Shown here: positions 1-12,400 of the stretch, piece after piece
How the letters are laid out: every line of letters begins with the position of its first letter
Position numbering within the stretch: position 1 is the first letter of the stretch
NCBI RefSeq assembly: GCF_011386835.1
Contig: NC_088802.1
Location: forward strand, 42,656,001-42,720,000
Reading direction: 5' to 3'
Origin: Chrysemys picta bellii
Taxonomy: Eukaryota
DNA: 64,000 nt
Made by a program: the position numbers and the translations under genes
Notes under the pieces: model-generated
What the model was told of the DNA's origin: nothing
Databases searched by the model: none
What the model saw: only the letters and a program-made list of their open reading frames with translations

Positions 1-295
1 GAGCAGGAGCAGCGAGTGACGGCTGCAGCCAGGCACCAACTCAAACGAACTGAAACTCTGGATCAGGCTCTAGATGAGAATCCAGCCTCTGTCTCTACAA
101 CAGGCAAGACCCTCAATCTCTGACTTTGGGAGGGGCTGGGCACCAGGTTCAAACCCTCATGCTCGTGCCAGCAAGTAGCACAGGTCTTGTGCCCACTTCC
201 AGCCACGGGAAGGATTTTCTGAGCCCTCTTTCTAATTCCTGTGTCAGCAGAGGCCTCGTGGGGGTTCGAAGTTGGGGAGGGCAGGAGCTAGTTAC

Positions 296-474
296 CATTA
301 TAGGTGAAGACGTCCAGCACCATCTTCCCCCTCCTCTGGTTAGCGGTCCACTCCAACAGGGTGGGAGGATGGGCACGGGAGACCTCGGGGTCCGTGTCTG
401 TCTGCTGCATTGCCGTGAGGATCTTGCGCTGGCAAACAGCATTGTAGCCTTCCAGCCCGTGGTCTGACACGAAC
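296..474 (-). CDS. MYO15B: MYO15B exon, MyTH4 C-terminal part ([10 protein letters not shown]...VFTYN)
   Basis: ttgcag|G acceptor, G|gtaac donor, 179 nt, phase 2 to 1. Confidence 0.88.
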
Positions 475-3400
475 CTGCAAACCAAGCAGCTGCCTTTAAT
501 ACGAGCTGTTCCTCTCCGGAAACAGCAATAAAAAAGGAGCCATCTCTCCCCCTTCCTTACTTCAGCAAGGGTTTCTCCAGTGCTGGCGAAGGGGTAAATG
601 CACTCAGGAGGGCAGCCATCAGAGCATAGCCTCGCTGGCTCTGCTCTGTGTCTGGGTTCTTCCACACCTGGCTGACCACCTGACTCAGAAGCTCGTTGCG
701 CAGGGCCGGGTTGCCCAGCCCTCGGCTGGCGATGTAGTTACCCAGGAGCACTTCCTGCCAGCTCTGGAGGTTCCTGTCCCCGATGAACCGCAGGATCTAA
801 AAGACGCCCAATGGAAAAACAGCGAGAAGATTAAACCGAAACATTCCGACCCAAGCTCCAATTGCAAGGACCTCACATTTCCGGAGACATCTGAACTAGG
901 AGGACCAATTGGCCCCAGGAGCCCTCTACAAAATTCAGATCTGAATTGGGGTTCAGATTTCAGGCACCCCCAAGGTTTAGGAGAATTTGGGAGGCAGCAT
1001 GTCCTGGGGATAGGGCATCAGACTGGGAGCCAGGACTCCTGAGCTATATTCCTGACTCTGCCATTGACCTGCTGTGTGGTCTTGGGTGAGTCACCTTCCC
1101 TCTCTGGGCCACGGTTTACCTGTCTGTACAGTGAAGGAAATGATGCTCACCCAGTCGTTGTGAAGAGCTCTGAGATCTATTTACTGTACTAAAAAATGCT
1201 AAGTGTTATGGAGGCATTAGTAAAAACTCCATAGTTAAGGCTGGGCTGAGTATTGCACTTAAAGCAGACATTTGACCTCTGGATTGTATGAAAAACACTG
1301 CATATGTTTCCCAAAATTACAGCACTTCCTCTTTGACTACGGAATGAAGGTTTTGAGAATTCACAAGTATATCTAGGAATAAGTTTAGGAATTTAAATGA
1401 TTCTAAATTAGGCCCTTTAAAAAATCTTAGCACACAGACCGAGACTCTTTGGTCTCCAACGGTAACAGAAGAGACTCTGCAAACTTCCTATATAGTTAAA
1501 ACTCACTGAAATCTTGTACACAGGCAACATTTTTAAAGGGTTACAGTATTTATCCTTTTCCTCATTATTTCCACTCTCCGGGAAGTTTGAAGAGTCTGTG
1601 CCGATCTGTTAATGAGATCTTTGGAGACAAAAGAAAGTTCTGATTTCGGGTGCTACATTTCTTAATTAATTTTTAATGTAACTGAATTCCTAAAGTCATC
1701 AACAGATTTACGTGTCAATTCTCAGAACATCCACACTGTACTGAAAGAGTAAGTGCTGTAATTTTGGAGAAGATACGCTGTATTTTTCATTCATAACAAA
1801 GAGGCTGAATCCCTTCTTTAAACAAAAATCTCTACTCCTGTACCCGTACAACAGCACGGCTACTGAACACCCCTCCCTAACACAGGGAAACAGACAATTC
1901 CCTCCCAGAGACAGTAGAACGTGGGTAAAGTCACAGCTCTGCTGGTTCAGCATGGACTGTAAGACTGAGTTGCATTTTTTAAAATATATAGACTCAACCA
2001 CAGAATTAAACTGTTTAGAAGGGAAGCCACAAATGCTGCAAAATGCAACATAATGGAAAGGAACAGCAGCCATGCGCCAAGTCTCATTAAACTTTGAGCC
2101 ATCCAGGTGTACAAATGCCTACACTGAGAGTCACTGCACAATTGTATTGCTGTAACTCCGGCCTCCCTCACTCCACCCCTTCCCTGTGGTTTGTCATTCT
2201 CACATGTTATATCAGATCTATACAATTAGCCCCATAAAACACTTTCGGATGTAAGCATTAGTACAGCCCTCCTCCCCCTTGCCTTTAAATATATCAGGTG
2301 ATCCTGGCCGCTTTAACTATTTTGAGGGCCCTCTTCAAACCTCCCCACCCTGACTGACTATGCTTCCCATTGTTGGCTTTGAAAAAACACTAGTGTTTTA
2401 TTTAACCAGAGTAAACATAACAAACCTCACAACAGTGCTCGGTAACCCTTCTACTTCCCACTGCTAATCTTACCGGAGCCTTCCCTTCCTGATCAGAGCC
2501 CAGCTTCCCAAACCCCGCTGTGATCCTGCGCCCTCTCTCCTCCTCAGCCAGCCATGACCCTTCAATTCTCCCCTCTGGGGGAGCTTCCATTCGGGAATCC
2601 AAACCTCTGTGACTCTGTGCCCCCAGTAGCATATGTGCTTTTGATCTCCATCCAACAACAACATGCCCCAACAGACAATTTCTCTTTACTCTTACCCTAT
2701 AACAACCTCTCACATCATACAATTTAAAGTTAACGTAACCCCTTCTCCGTCCCCACTGGGTGTTGCCCCTAACCTCTTCCCTCCACCCCCATTCACATAC
2801 AAAACTCTCACCCAACCCAGGCTAGCTGTCCCAGGTGGAGCTGTAGGCTAAAGTGCTTTCACTCAAGCTGCCACCCCCCCCCTTCCTGTGTGGATGCAGG
2901 CTAAACCACTAGAGTGTTGATAGCCCTGCACTGCCTTTCCACAATTCCCCCCGTGCGCCCAGAAGGACAGACAAGTTCTCCCACCATTCACTGGGAAAGA
3001 GCCAAAGAGTGGCTCAGCTTGGTGCAGGGCTAAGAACCATGGGATAGGCCCTCAGAAGCCCATGCGATGTACAGGGGTGAGCACAGCATCAGTGAGAACA
3101 CAGCAACTCGCATGTGGCTTTGCAGCACAACTGCTCCCACCCCGTTGCCCATTGCCAGCATTAACGCTGCAGTGAGGACGTATCATTAGCCAATTTACTT
3201 CCCCACCCTCCCTCCTGTCTTCCAGCTTGTTTGAATGAGGCTTAGGGAGGTCAGAGGACCTGCCCACGGGCTGACAGCGAGCGAGTGACTTGCTGCATAT
3301 AAATCCAGGGTCCTCCTGGCTCTCAGTTCTTTTGCTGTCACCTCTAGACCGCATGACTTTCCTTCTGGGGGTACCACCGCGCTCGAGGTCCTGTGAACCC

Positions 3401-6400
3401 CAGCAAAGCCCCTCTGCTTCTAGAGACAGAAAGCTTCTAGAGGAGCAGAGTGCCTGCATAATGTGCCTTCATATTTCACTAATGCCCCACTACAAAGGCC
3501 AGTGGGGTTGCTTTGAGATTGTCCGATACTGTAGGCTAGCTGCACCCCCGCCCCCTGCACTCACCAGTTTGTTGATCTCCAGAGCGCGCTGCGTGTCCTC
3601 GCCCTCCAGGCGGGTTAAGGGCTGCTGCAGGGGCTGTCCAAGGGCAGGGAAGTTGGGCTCCTAGGAGGTGAAAAAGGACGGAGTTCATGGCTGGCATTTC
3701 CAATGGCAGCGTGCCCCCCTGCTACAAGCCCTAGGAGAGAGCCGGAGTCCACAGCGGGACTCTGCATTCTCCCAGCTGTGCCAGGCAAACAAGGGCAAAG
3801 AGCGGGCTGAGGAGGCATCAGACGGCTTGTCGCGGGGCTCAGTTCTTTATCAGACTCCTAGGCAGAGGCCCTAGTGACAACCCAGTGCCATAGACACAGC
3901 CCACGGGGATGTGCAGCACAGACAGCCCCTGCCGGGGTGTCTGCAGGAACGTACTGGAGCGGAGAGATGAGGAGGTTACAGAGCCCAGGAAAGCGTCCTG
4001 ACAGAGAAAGTACGGGCAGAGGCGCTGGAACAATGTATATAGCGGGGCTGCTGAGAGCCATTGAACCAAACTGTAAACCCTGAATATAATGGAAAGCATT
4101 TCGAGCCGGGGTGTGGGGGTGTGTGTGGCAGTTCCCAGCACCTATGAGTATGTGAGAGAGTGGGGGAGAGGCAGATCCTGGGGCAGACTGGCAGAGGCGT
4201 AGAGAGGAGGAGACAACACTGAAGGGGGGGGTGGGGATAGGGAGGTAACAAGCAGGGAGGAGGCAGGAGAAGGGGCAGGAGAGAATGGAAGGGTCCCTGT
4301 GTGGCTTCTGGCATCAGCAGCATCCTACCTGGAAGTGAGACCTCATGAAGACGGAGAAGGGAGAGCTATTGATGTTGGGTGGGAGGGAGAGGTCACACTT
4401 GGCCTTGACCTCCGGAGGTGAAACCTCCATGATCTGATTGGCCTGGGCATGGTGCTGACCTGTAAGAGAGAGAGAGAAAATGGACACTCAGCCTCAGGCC
4501 CATCTAGACATGGTGCCACACGCCCAGTTACCAACACACCAGAGACACCCACACCATCGCCCAAGCCAACCGCACCAACGGCCCTCCCCGAGACACCACA
4601 CCCCCACACCACCATCACCCTCCCCCACCAGACACCACAAAGTCTCCCTCCCCCAGAGGCACCTGCTCCCTCACCCAGCCCTCTGCACCACCCCCACACC
4701 ATCTCCCCATCCTCACAGACCCCTGCCCACACACAACTGAGCAGCTTCTCTGTTCACCCTCACGCTGCCTTTTCTCTAGCTGGGGTTGGAGCGACAGAAC
4801 AGGCCTCCTCAGAGAATGGACTCAAGGCTCTTTTAGAAAGGGGGAGTTAGCAGAGCAGAGAGGGGTCATGAAAACAACACATCCAGGATTAGCTCAGTGA
4901 AGGGTGTGGACCAAACCTCTAATGCCTGCAACAGTCCATAGGGAACGCCCCAGGCCAGGGCTCTGAAAGGGTTTCCATTCCTTCACAGGTATATAAATAA
5001 TGCAGCACTGCAGAGACTCTGCTGGCAGTGTCCCAGTCGATAAATAAACCAGAGGTCACCATGAGTGAAGCAGAAGATAAGGGATTTATCAGGGGCGATA
5101 GGACAACAAATGCCTCCCTGGCTGCAGAGACTCCCCCAAGCAACACGGCGTCTGCACGCCTTCTCCAGCAACGCTACTTTCCTTCCCTCCCACCTCCTCT
5201 CCCTTCGCTTTCCAAGCCAGCGCCTCCCCCACTGCCACCTCCTCTGGTTAAACCCTATTCATGCTCCAGGGGAAGCAAAAGGTTTTCCTGTCCCAGGAAA
5301 GCTTTCGAGATTTCAAAACTTTCTCATTCTGCACTGGGACGAAGTCAAAACCTTTCAAAAATGTCCATGAATTGAAAACAGAGGTGGGCAGGGAAGGGAA
5401 GTGGGGAGAGAGGGAATAGCCTATTGCCTGGTGTTCAGGGCACTCAGCCGGGATAAGGGAAAGCCAGGTTCAACCTCCTGCTCTGAATCAGGTTATTCCT
5501 GGGACGTCTCTGTCTGCCCCCTCTCTCTCTCTGACCAGATGAAACCTTCCTGATGAAAGCTTTGTTGAAATGGATATGTTCCCCCAAAAAGGGTTTGGTT
5601 TTGATGAATCAGCATTTTCCGATGGAGGGGAAAAGGCATTTTGTCAAAACATGCCCAACCCGCACGACTCGCCACACATCTCTCTGGCCACAATGCTTCG
5701 TCATCTACATCTCCTGGGGGATGCTTCCATGGGCAAGGTGCACAGGGAACTCAGCACCGTCTGCTCATTGACAGGTGTCTTGCCCCGCTGACTAATTAAT
5801 TTGTATTATGGCAGCACCTAGGAGGCTCAACTGAAATAGGGGCCCCAATATGCTAGGTGCTGTACAAAGAGACAGGCCCTGCCCCCACAGAGTTCCAATC
5901 TAAATATATGAGCCATACAAGGGGAAAGAGGCACAGAGAAGGGAAATGACTTGCCCACATTCACATGGTAGGTCAGTGGCAGAGCCGGAGGGATAAAACC
6001 CCACGTCTCCCAAGCTCCAGTCCAGTGCTGTATCCACTGGATAATGCTGCCTGTCTATCCCTGTATCTTGGAGGAGGCCCTTATACACATCCACCTGGGG
6101 TTATCGTGTTTACATTTCCAACACCAACAGAGCAGATACGATATAGGCGAGAGAGCGTGCCGAACACACACACATGCAAAGCCACAAATGCAAACACCGT
6201 GAGTTAGAACCGAGCGAGCGGGCTGGAGGGGTTTTCTTACCTTTGGCAGAGTGCAGGAGTGCCGCAAGCTCTGCGGGGATCTCCAGCAGCCCCACGTCCT
6301 GAGGAGAGAGGGAGCAAAGAGTCAGCAATCGGAGTCACAGTAGCCAAAGAAAAATAAATTCATTTCAGGCAACACACGGAGTCGGGGACAGGTGTTTTTA

Positions 6401-9400
6401 CTCAGCCTTCAGGCTCCACTGCCACCGACATCAACAACAGCGTGTCTGGAGCCAGGACTTGAGCGTTTGAGCCAACCAGAGTAATTGGGGTGTGTGTGTT
6501 CTAGAATTTTATAAAACACAAGGAATAAATAAGAGTCACAATGAAGAGCGCACTGGAGAAAGGATGGTAAAGTAGGAGAAAAGGTCACTGCTGCTGAAGA
6601 TCAAGCACTACGGGGGGAAAGATACCAAACTTATTGCATTTTGGTTACTTCTCCCAGGTCCAAGAGGTTCCTAGTTTTGCATAGATGAGACCACGGTTCT
6701 GGGTTTTTCCCCCACTGCAGCTGCTTTTTCACTATTTTGCAGCATCCAAGAGCGCTACCGTACAAATAAAAAGAAAAGTGGCCATGAAGTTAATGGAGTT
6801 AATCTGGATTTATGAGATCGTAACCTGGCCCCAGGGTCTGTTCTCTACCTCTCTGCACCTCGCATTGATGTGTACACCTATGCAAAGTGGACACACCTTG
6901 CTACCATTTCAGAATGACACCACTTTGAACAGGTGTCATTGGGTATGTCTACACTGCAATCAGAGGTGTGAGTGCAGTATGTGTAGACATAACCGAGCTA
7001 GCTTTGATCCAACTAGCTCATGTAACACTAGCAGTGAAACCGCAACAGCCTGCCCAGGACCCTGGGTACGTACTCCAGAGGCTGGCCCATGCTGCTGCGG
7101 CTTCACTGCAATTATTATTCAACTAGATCAAAACTAGTCTGATTATGTCTACACGTGCTGCAACCACACCTCTGACTGCAGTGTAGACAGACCGATGATG
7201 GTATATGGTGCAAAGCAAAGGAGAATCAGGCCCCGGGGTCCTTGCCCTGAATTTCTTATACTTATTGGGCCCGATTCTTTCTCCTCCAGTTGTGTAGTAC
7301 CTTGCTAGGTCAGAAATCCCATTCATTTCAATAGGCTAGTCACTCAAGTCCAAGCCCAAACCCATCTGATCCACAACAAGGCCTCCATAGATGTATCATA
7401 TGCTTCATTGCCATCCACAACCCGAGACAACCTGACCTCAGTTTCAAGCCAGCCTGGGCTGAAGCACATTGAGCTCAAAAACCAAGCGTATCTCTAGGCT
7501 TCATGTGAGTCTGTCCCATCCTAAACCCAAAAGGAAATCAGGAGAGTGGGTAGCCGTAGGAAATGAAACCGAAGGCGGTATTTGCATAAAGTGAAAGCAC
7601 CATCACAACAAAGCAAGTCCCAGGCTGGGGCCAAGCCCTGAAGAGGGGGATTGGCCTTCGCTTGTTTTGCAGCAGCACCCGGGGGCTTCATGCCCCAGAC
7701 AGAAGAGGGGGTGGAGCAGCCCCCGGGAGTTGCTGAGCACACACAACTCTCATAGAATGTCAGGGTTGGAAGGGACCTCAGGAGGTCATCTAGTCCAACC
7801 CCCTGCTCAAAGCAGGACCAATCCCCAGACAGATTTTTGCCCTAGGTCCCTAAATGGCCCCCTCAAGGATTGAACTCACAACCCTGGGTTTAGCAGGCGA
7901 ATGCTCAAACCACTGAGCTATCCCTCCCCCCTCTTTCTAATTCAGTAGCCATTGAGAGGTCCTGCTGCCAGGGCCGTCCTTAGGCATATGCGGGGCTGCG
8001 TAGGGCACCCGAAAATTTGGGGCACCCCTGTGTCTTAGTGTTCACTCTCCCACCTCTTCCTATCCCTGTTCTGCCCCTTCCTGCAGGCTCCCACCACAGC
8101 TGGCTGCTGCAGCCTGGTGAGGCTTCCTCCAGAGGGGATCTAGTACTTAAAAGTGAAAAAGCCCCCAGCCTGCCAGACCTATTAGCACAACATTAAAACT
8201 GTTAAAGAGCCATTCAAGTGGTAATGAAGCCATTTAACAGGCATTTGCCAACCCCCAGGTATATACTGTCAGTTTCTGACTTTACTGAGAAAAACAGTTG
8301 TACATCACTTCTCCGCTCTCTCTGAGCTGGGAGGTGAAAACATTATTTACTCAGAACATGTTAGTCTACAGGACCTTGGTTTAAAATGTGCTTTACAAAT
8401 ATTTCATTAGTGTGTTGCTGAAGATTATAAAAATCACATCTCTAAAAAAAAATCCTTGCATAGATTTTTAGATGCACAATCTGAATATTCATCTTTAGCC
8501 TTAAATGTTTGGCTCTTCAGACATATAATTTTTTAAATAAATCCTTCAAAAGACAACCCTTATCTAAAATACACATGCAAGCCCGGGCTGCCATCGGGCA
8601 CAGGGGCACCAGTTTAATAATACTGCATAGGGCCCCATAAATCCTAAGGATGGCCCTGCCTGCCGCAAACGTGGATGATTCAAGGACAGAAAAGCAGGCC
8701 AAACTTGTCCCAAAAAATTGTTCAGAGGGAATCGTTTGCCCAGTTGCATCCTCGGCCCCTCTTCACTGCCGTTGTGCAGGTGACAGGCTGACATTTCTGC
8801 TCAATCCTGCATAATCCATCACAGAACTGATAGAAACCACTATGATTTATTGGGACATATCCCAGTATCATGCGAACACAGCAGTAGCCTAGGCATTAAC
8901 CCCTTCATGGCAACAGGAAGTTGCACCTTCACCTCTGAAGTGCAGGAGCATGGCTGGAATTTTGGTACTGCAGAGGGAGACACCCGGAGGCTGCTCCTGA
9001 TCATATCAGGGATCAGGCCTGATAACCAGACAACAGCCAATACCCACCTTACAGATATTATTGCTGCTAATATCTTATGATTATAAAATGTATTTTACCC
9101 CAAAGCCCTTCAGCCACACTGCCTCTCTCACATCTATAGACAGACCCCTCTCCCCAGCACACACAGGAACGGTTCAGGAACGATCACGCCAATGTAGCCA
9201 CCTCTGGGGTGGAATACAGGCAAACAGCAACAAAAGCAACATCATGCTTCAGTTCAAGAGAAGATGACGATACCATACCCCCGCCAAAACTGCAGGTGGA
9301 ATTACCCAAGGTGGGCTTTGGCCCCTGGCTTGGGGCTGACATCCCTAACTCCAAGGAAAAATCCCACAGAATCTATAATAAAGGCAAGTGGTTGGGATTG

Positions 9401-12400
9401 AGGGCCCTGATTTTGCAGGTCACCCAGAAAGAACAGCGGAGAAAAGGGCATTAAGGTGAGATTTTCAGTCCCTTAGAGCATTTGGACCCCAAATTCCATT
9501 AATTTCTAATGGGAATCCAAATCCCTTAGGCATATTTCCAAAGCTCAGCCCCAGGCATTTGGGGGCCTAGATTGCTCCTCATCGATGCACATTATCCCAT
9601 GGCATTGCAGCACTTCGACTCCCTTGGATGGACGGAAAGGGCTCTTCTGCCAGCTGGCTCAGTTATACACTCCCCAGCAGGGACAGACCTGCCGGATCAC
9701 ATCCGTGAAATGGGAACTAACTCCCTTATCTCTGTCACACGGGTGGAAACCCCAGCAGGCCCTCATAGCTGATACATTAGAGTTTATTGACCTACCATTC
9801 CTGGGGAGCTACCACTCTCCTCGCCACCTTTGGCCAGCGACTCCTCTCTCTGCCTGCTGTCCTCACGCCTCTGCTGTCAGAAGGAAAAGAAATGGCCTGT
9901 GAGGGCATTTTCTGGGGTGTGCCAGGCATCTCGGAAGGGCAAATGCTCTGGATTACCAGGTACTTCTAGCTACAGTTCCTGGGGATGTGCAGTAGCTGGC
10001 CTGCCATGTCAGCTGCTGGCGTGTTAAAAGGAGAGGGTGAACACTGCATCTTCTTAGGATCTATCTACATTAGCGGGCTGAGGTTTGGCCACCGCTCTTA
10101 GCACCCGCCAGGAGTCTAAGACCCCTCATTCCCAGGCTGGACGCAATCAGAAAGGAGCTTCTGCCACACAGCCTGCTCCAGACAGCCTGGCATTCACTGT
10201 CTCACGGAACACTACTGACAGTGCCCCACTAAGCATTCAGTGACCGGAAACATGGTTCATTGCCCTCTCTCTTGGCAGCTGGAAAACCTGAATCCAGCCT
10301 GCAGAGGGCCACCCGCAGCCCCCGAGGGTGGGACAAGGAGTCAGGGGAAGCCGGGCTCCCATTCAGCTCTGCCCTTTCCCAATTTGGGGGCAGGGATATT
10401 CCACCACGTCCCACCCAATGCTACTCACCTGCCTCCTGCTCGGAGGCTGTGCGGCTGTCTCGCTCCCTCTCTCTCCTGCTTGTCTGCCGAGGACGTGTGG
10501 GGCTAGATGGGAAGGGACCAGGGCTGGGTCGGCCTGGGCTGAGAAAAGGGCAGGCGTACTAAAGTCCGCCCAGGGCAGCGCCGCAGGGGAAGGCGCGGGG
10601 GGGGGGGGGACTGCGGTTCCCTCAGGTGAACTTTGAGACCTTTTATTGTCGTCACTCCGGGAGGGAGCAGAGCCTTAGAAAGCAAACACGGAGGGGAGGG
10701 GATGGGAGCTTTTCTGTGGTTACGCTGGAGAGGGATTGGAGCAGAGCTGAGAACACAAGTCCTGCTCTGGGAGCACAGCACAGCCACCCATGCCTGGCCA
10801 CACCTTACACTGCAGGGATTTTCGGTGGGTGTCCTGCAACCATCCTTCTGGCCCAGGGGGTAGCTAGATGAGTCTCTCCTGTGGCTTCTTGTGAGCCCTT
10901 ACGCCTGAGGAGTATGTGCTAGGCACCTCCCCTGCCTCCAATAAGAAGCTGAGGTCCCACCTTCTGCAGAATAAAACAGAGCAGCGGTGGCTACTGTCTC
11001 ACGGCTCTTCGGCAGCCTTCATGAAACGAGTTTGACGGTCTCATGTCTCATCTCTGTGGATGTGTGTCCACAGCACAAATCCACAGTCACTGGAGCTGGC
11101 ACTAAGGAACCCGTCTGTTGGCAGACAGGCCCAGGATTTAAATGGCTCCATTAGCTCTCAGGGTCAGGACAGGAACGCGCTGGAAGGGGCAGTGGGTGGG
11201 AAGCTTGTGTGACGGCTGCCATTTTGGCCGTCACCGGGGATTGATCTGTCAACCTCCGAGCTAAGAAAAAGGCATGAGTCACTACAGCTTGAGCTCAAGG
11301 CTTTGCAGTTGAGAGCTCTCATAACCTCTCACCCCCTGAGGCTCAGGCACAGCAGGGGATACCACACATCAGTGACCAGGCCGATGCTGAACCCAGTCTG
11401 TGGCGAGAGAACTTCAGTCTCGGGGAATCTCTCCATCGTTTGGAGCCTTCCTATCAAGATTGGGTGTTTTCTAAAAGAAATGTTCCAACTCCACCACCAG
11501 AGACGGGCTGGATGCAAGAATTCCTAGCTGGAATCTTACAGCTTGGGTTACACAGGGGTCAGACCAGATGATCATAATGGTCCCTTCTGACTTTTAAACC
11601 TATAAATCAATCCCTCTCCTGAGAGTACCTGACTATCCCTGGGCTGGATTCCAGGAACATGATGGGAGATGGGCGGAGTCATTGTCCTCAACTCCATAAA
11701 CTCTTCCCCAGCTGAGATTTCCTTCTTGTACATGGTGGTGAGACCTGGCACCAGCAGGTCTCCTTCGCCCCCCAGCACCGTGTGACCCTGAGAACTGGCT
11801 TAAAACCACCCTTGTTTAAAGCCACACTGCTGTTTACAAACGCTGGCTAAAAGCAACCAGATGCCAGGTTTATTTTTGGTTTAAATTAAGCTGAGGTGAC
11901 CACTGGCACCCGACAGCCACACTTCGATGCAACTGTTTGCTGCATCAGCTCTTTCAATCTCAGTCCATGCTGAGCATGTGGCAGGCAGGGCAGCTCCACG
12001 CACTGACACCAACAGGCTTCTGCCTAAGCAGGTCTTGATCAGAAAAAAATGTGAGCAATCGCCTCCTATTTTGGCCTGTATCACTGGACACTCCCCGCGG
12101 TGGAATGAGGATCTCCTGTTATTAAACACTTAGCAGCCTTAACGACACCTGCTTTGCTCTCAGTTGAGGGGCCACCTCTCAAGCCCCTCTGGGACACAAC
12201 CCTGCTCAAGTCACATCTCCCACCTTCCCCAAGAGTGGGGTGCCCCCAGCCTGGGTTTCAGGCTCCTCTTCACCCTGATGACTGTACTCTAGTGATGTGA
12301 GGCTGCCACTCAGCTCTCCCCGTGCCTGCCCCTGCTGCGGGTTAGGCCTGTTCTGCCTGGCACCCTGAATACTGAGGCCAAATAATGTTTTAAAGCTTCC

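Noticed and set aside
4343-4850. Pro/Thr-rich mucin-like ORFs
   Set aside because: Intronic C/A-rich minisatellite overlapping a real exon on the other strand or frame
7855-7930. tRNA-like sequence (also 18605-18681)
   Set aside because: SINE head joined to a CR1-type tail, not a stand-alone tRNA gene
10903-10963. 61-nt exon with good acceptor and gtaagg donor as a constitutive MYO15B exon
   Set aside because: In-frame TAG in phase 0; other phases do not give a consistent path to exon 6241-6298
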